A stretch of 64,000 nucleotides of DNA from the NCBI RefSeq assembly GCF_902652985.1, contig NC_047032.1:13392001-13456000 (forward strand), in the 5' to 3' direction. The position numbers and the translations under genes were made by a program. The DNA is from Pecten maximus (Eukaryota). This document shows positions 60,342 through 64,000 of the stretch, piece after piece; the first letter of the stretch is position 1, and every line of letters starts with the position of its first letter. The notes under the pieces are model-generated. The model was not told the origin of the DNA. It did not search any database and was given only the letters and a program-made list of their open reading frames with translations.

Positions 60342-63300
60342 CCCTTAGCAAAAAGAAATGGTCCAAAAATCATTGAAACACCATTATAATGCCATTGAAA
60401 GACCATTTTTGTTCAGAAATCCATTGAAACGCCATTTAATTCATTAGATTTCAATGGTTATATGACCATTAAAATACCATTTTTCAGATCAATGGTCTTT
60501 CAATGGTACAAAAAAATGGTTTACTCACAGGTGAACCATTTAAATGCCATTGAAATACCATTGACTTTGTTTGACCATTATTTTCATCCATGCTCTAGAA
60601 AGAAAAGCTTTGGCTCAACCATTTCTGACCATTTTTTTGAGAAATGAAAAATAATGGCCACAGATCTAGACTTTCATATTCACCTGCACTGGAGAATTAC
60701 TACCAGTATATATTTTGGATATATAAATTCTGAGTTCTACAGAATGATACTACCTTTTATTATTATAGTATAAAAGTACATTTGCATAATTAATGTAAAC
60801 AATATGCAATGCAAATACATGCATGTCAATTGTCTTTACACAATAAAATAAATGTATAGAAGTAAAGTACTATATTTTTGAAGTTTCAACTTCAAATTCT
60901 GTAGAAGTTATACCCCTATACAACATTACATGTAAACTGGAATTATATGAACTTGATTCTAGTCACGGTCATACCTATTTGGAGGAGGACATACAAAGAA
61001 ATCACCAGTTATTCCCACAAAATTGTTGATATTAGTTATGCACTTCAATGGGATGGCAATGCAACTTTTCCTAAATTCTATTTTCCAAACACTGCCAACA
61101 GACTTGACTTTTTTCATCGGTTCAACAAGTGCGAGGTTGATTTTATTACCGGTCTTATCATTTGACTCCATGAAATACACCACAGATCCAAATTTGTAGT
61201 CATTCTCATGAAAAAATGTTATAACATGCTGCTGTCTTTTTACAAGGTTTTTGTACAATTTCCCATATACATAAAACCCCTTCTTATACATATTGATATT
61301 ATAATACTTTGAAACATTCCTAGTACACTGTACTCCATAATTAGAAATGGCAGCAAATTCATCATCACTTAGTTCCCCATTGAATAAATTCCCTACTCTG
61401 ACTATACCATCTTCAATTTCATGTTTATGAATTCTTCTTGAAGCTATACTGTCAGATAACTCATGATACAGCTCAAAAACATAATCACAATCATCTATTC
61501 CCTTAAAGTATCTGTCATACATTATAGGAATGGCCTTTACAAGTCCAATAATATTTACGAGCTGGTTTTCAACACCTTGTGTACCGTGTACATGTTTGAT
61601 TATGTACCCATTAAGGTCCTCAAAAATAAAACAATTGTTCACAAACAGAGGTCCTGTGTGCCTAACACAATCAACCAAATGAATCAATTGATGAAGATTC
61701 AGAGTCGTATACCTTGCTTCATACAACCTTTCAAAATTCTCTACAAAAAGAAGAAGAGCTCCCTCAGCAGTTGCAATGTCTACCGGGGATATGTTTTCCA
61801 TGGACAACAAAAAGATTGCCCGAGCAAGTAAACAAAAGTGTACAAAGTATTCCTTTCTCAAGATTTTGCTCATCACTGGTATACCCCAATAAAGTAAAAA
61901 GTTACGAAATTCTGATGATTTCCAGTGAGCGATGTCATCTATCAGCCGTGGGACCCTGGTTACAAATAGTGTCGGACGAATTTCTGACAAGAATTTGTTA
62001 ACAGTTTGTTTCGCATGATATACAGAGTACGGTTTACTCTTATTCGAGGCACCAAACCACAAGTTCATGAGTTGCTTGGTAGTTCCAAGGCAAATACCAT
62101 GCATGTAGTCAATCACACAACTATATACTGCATTGAAATATGTCAGATACAGAAACCAGAAAGGTCCTTTATGTCCGTGAACTGTGAACTTTTTCACACC
62201 ATTTTCCACATTGGTTTGAACCTTTGTCAAATCTTCAAGAATACTTTCCTTTGTTCTTGGAATTCCTTTTGGATTGCTACTATTGTATGGAAAAATATGA
62301 ACTATTCCACCAGTATCAAGTTTAAGTGTTTCACCTTTATGTAAACAAAACCAGCAACTGAAATCCCCATTGTACTGATTTACATTGTATACCATAGCTC
62401 GGGCAGGCAAGTCACATGTACACGTAAGCAAGAAGCATTTACACAAGAATGAATTTCCATCACAGTCTTCAAATGTTTCCCCTTCAGTTTCCAAATGTTT
62501 CAATTCTGAATAAAGGGGTTGAAGAAAAGACCACATCTGAGGCTTTTTGGATGAAATCCAAACACCATAGAACACTGAATTCTGTCGATGTTTCCGTTTT
62601 GCGATGGGAAGTTCATTAATAAGCATGTACACAGGCCACATGCTTACATTTGAAGATTTGAACAGAGGGGCACCATCCGTATTTAGTGAAAATGACAAAT
62701 TATTTTCTTCTTGCAGAATGCCGTTTTCGAAAAGATTTTTGTATAATTGTCCATCATACACATCTTTAAGATTACCATTTTTATTGTTCTTAATGTGTTG
62801 GAATCTGTGATTTCTAACGTCATTCACAAAGTCTTGAGTTTTCCATAGAGCCCTCAGTTGTGATATAAGCTTTAAATGTACAAAATATGCAACTCCTCCG
62901 GACTTTGTGAGATCCTTTCTGCACGATATACACACTTTGTCATTTTTCTCAACCTTTGAGTAACAGCTACTACAATAATAATGCAAGGTGGGAAACATGT
63001 CTTCTGTGAATTTCTTTATGAATTTTCTCAAGTGATACAAGCTACGGAATAAACTGTGTCCTTGTGGAAGCACAGCAGCGAATATTTTCAACATGTATGC
63101 TGCTGCTTCATCAGGTAACCGGAAACGAATCAAGAAACAACATATTAGAAGTACCAATAGCCCGAGACTGTACGGGGAGTCTGGAAATAACTTGCTTGAT
63201 CCAGTTGATTCATCATTTGCAGGGTTTTTAGATTCTTCACTGTCTGTAAATATTTCTGTAATTTGCCGCAGGACCTCAACCCTTTCCTCAAGAATTACAG

Positions 63301-64000
63301 CCGTCTGTTCATCATTCACAAGATTTTCTTGGTTTCGCAGCTGATTATCATGTAACATTTGGTCTATCAAATCATCAATATCATCATCCAAATCTTTGTC
63401 CTCCATCTTGGAGAAAAAAGTATCCATAGCCTCATGTGTCAGAGAGTCTTGTACATCACTGTTAGCTCCTGCTGGTTTCTGAGGTGTGTTCTTGAGGACA
63501 TTTTCATGTTCAACAAATATATTCTCATCCGTAACACGACATCGTTCATCATGATCATCAGCTGATGATATTTCATCATCATCATCATCATCATCATCTG
63601 TTTGTGTTAATTGTTTGTCATCAACGGTTGTAACACATCCCTGATTATCATCCTGTACTGTTTGTTCAGCTGACAGATGTGATGCAATTGGGGAAACAAT
63701 GTTGATAGTTGACTGAAGTCTGTGGTCCTCTTTTACAACCAAGTTCATGCACTGAAAATCCTTGTCCTCATCAGACCCCTGAAATGATTATGAAACAAAA
63801 ATGATAAGACTGTCTAATACAAAGTTGTTCCATTCCCTTTCTTGTTATTAATTTTACCAATACAGTGATTTAATTGCCAATTTTTTGTCACACATAATTC
63901 TTTCTTATTTTGCTTTATTTTCTTTGTGTTTCAAACTTTATGAATTTCCCCAACTTTTTTATGGACAGTTTCTTACAGCTTTTCCAGTTTGACCAGGTGC
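60342..64000 (-). mobile_element. CMC/EnSpm (CACTA-type) DNA transposon, 3' portion
   Basis: Transposase ORF plus an array of ccattgaaa/aatgg subterminal repeats in both orientations at 60355-60660; putative terminus cccttagcaaaaa near 60342; other end is outside the window. Confidence 0.75.
60959..63778 (-). CDS. EnSpm/CACTA (Tnp2/Transposase_21-like) DDE transposase, uninterrupted 3' exon of at least 929 aa
   Basis: CxxC..CxxC knuckle, DVYDGQLY, SLNTDGAPLFKSS..SMWP, TCDLPARA..NGDFSCWFC, IDYMHGICLG, WKSSEFRNFLLY, NLHQLIHL..GPL..CFIFEDLNG; in-frame acceptor tcatttcag adds GSDEDKDFQC before the ORF Met. Confidence 0.88.
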   Translation of the reverse strand, partial: GSDEDKDFQCMNLVVKEDHRLQSTINIVSPIASHLSAEQTVQDDNQGCVTTVDDKQLTQTDDDDDDDDEISSADDHDERCRVTDENIFVEHENVLKNTPQKPAGANSDVQDSLTHEAMDTFFSKMEDKDLDDDIDDLIDQMLHDNQLRNQENLVNDEQTAVILEERVEVLRQITEIFTDSEESKNPANDESTGSSKLFPDSPYSLGLLVLLICCFLIRFRLPDEAAAYMLKIFAAVLPQGHSLFRSLYHLRKFIKKFTEDMFPTLHYYCSSCYSKVEKNDKVCISCRKDLTKSGGVAYFVHLKLISQLRALWKTQDFVNDVRNHRFQHIKNNKNGNLKDVYDGQLYKNLFENGILQEENNLSFSLNTDGAPLFKSSNVSMWPVYMLINELPIAKRKHRQNSVFYGVWISSKKPQMWSFLQPLYSELKHLETEGETFEDCDGNSFLCKCFLLTCTCDLPARAMVYNVNQYNGDFSCWFCLHKGETLKLDTGGIVHIFPYNSSNPKGIPRTKESILEDLTKVQTNVENGVKKFTVHGHKGPFWFLYLTYFNAVYSCVIDYMHGICLGTTKQLMNLWFGASNKSKPYSVYHAKQTVNKFLSEIRPTLFVTRVPRLIDDIAHWKSSEFRNFLLYWGIPVMSKILRKEYFVHFCLLARAIFLLSMENISPVDIATAEGALLLFVENFERLYEARYTTLNLHQLIHLVDCVRHTGPLFVNNCFIFEDLNGYIIKHVHGTQGVENQLVNIIGLVKAIPIMYDRYFKGIDDCDYVFELYHELSDSIASRRIHKHEIEDGIVRVGNLFNGELSDDEFAAISNYGVQCTRNVSKYYNINMYKKGFYVYGKLYKNLVKRQQHVITFFHENDYKFGSVVYFMESNDKTGNKINLALVEPMKKVKSVGSVWKIEFRKSCIAIPLKCITNINNFVGITGDFFVCPPPNRYDRD

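Noticed and set aside
60947-63565. Plus-strand ORFs overlapping the transposase
   Set aside because: Antisense shadows of the 929-aa ORF.

Overview
AT-rich eukaryotic genomic DNA, most likely a bivalve mollusc (inferred from its repeat families; not prokaryotic, no CRISPR). Main contents: (1) a complete 12-exon serine incorporator gene (SERINC1/3-like, + strand, ATG 30863 to TAA 54041, about 461 aa). It has a one-base frameshift in exon 7, two strong frame-preserving microexon candidates in the last large cytoplasmic loop, and introns full of minisatellites and non-autonomous transposons. (2) A roughly 7 kb tandem segmental duplication (3067-10056 / 10340-16984). With 16985-17855 it can be read as a decayed single-pass receptor: signal peptide, 17-aa Ser/Thr mucin-like repeats, transmembrane segment and an ITAM-like tail amplified as a 55-bp minisatellite. 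(3) A degenerate CR1/L2-clade LINE (26.0-28.9 kb, -) and mariner relics. (4) An apparently intact CMC/EnSpm (CACTA-type) transposase ORF (60959-63778, -) with a subterminal repeat array. (5) Many tRNA-derived SINEs, Helentron-type non-autonomous elements, MITEs and tandem repeats. All exon models were built by hand from splice signals and reading frame; no database search was run.
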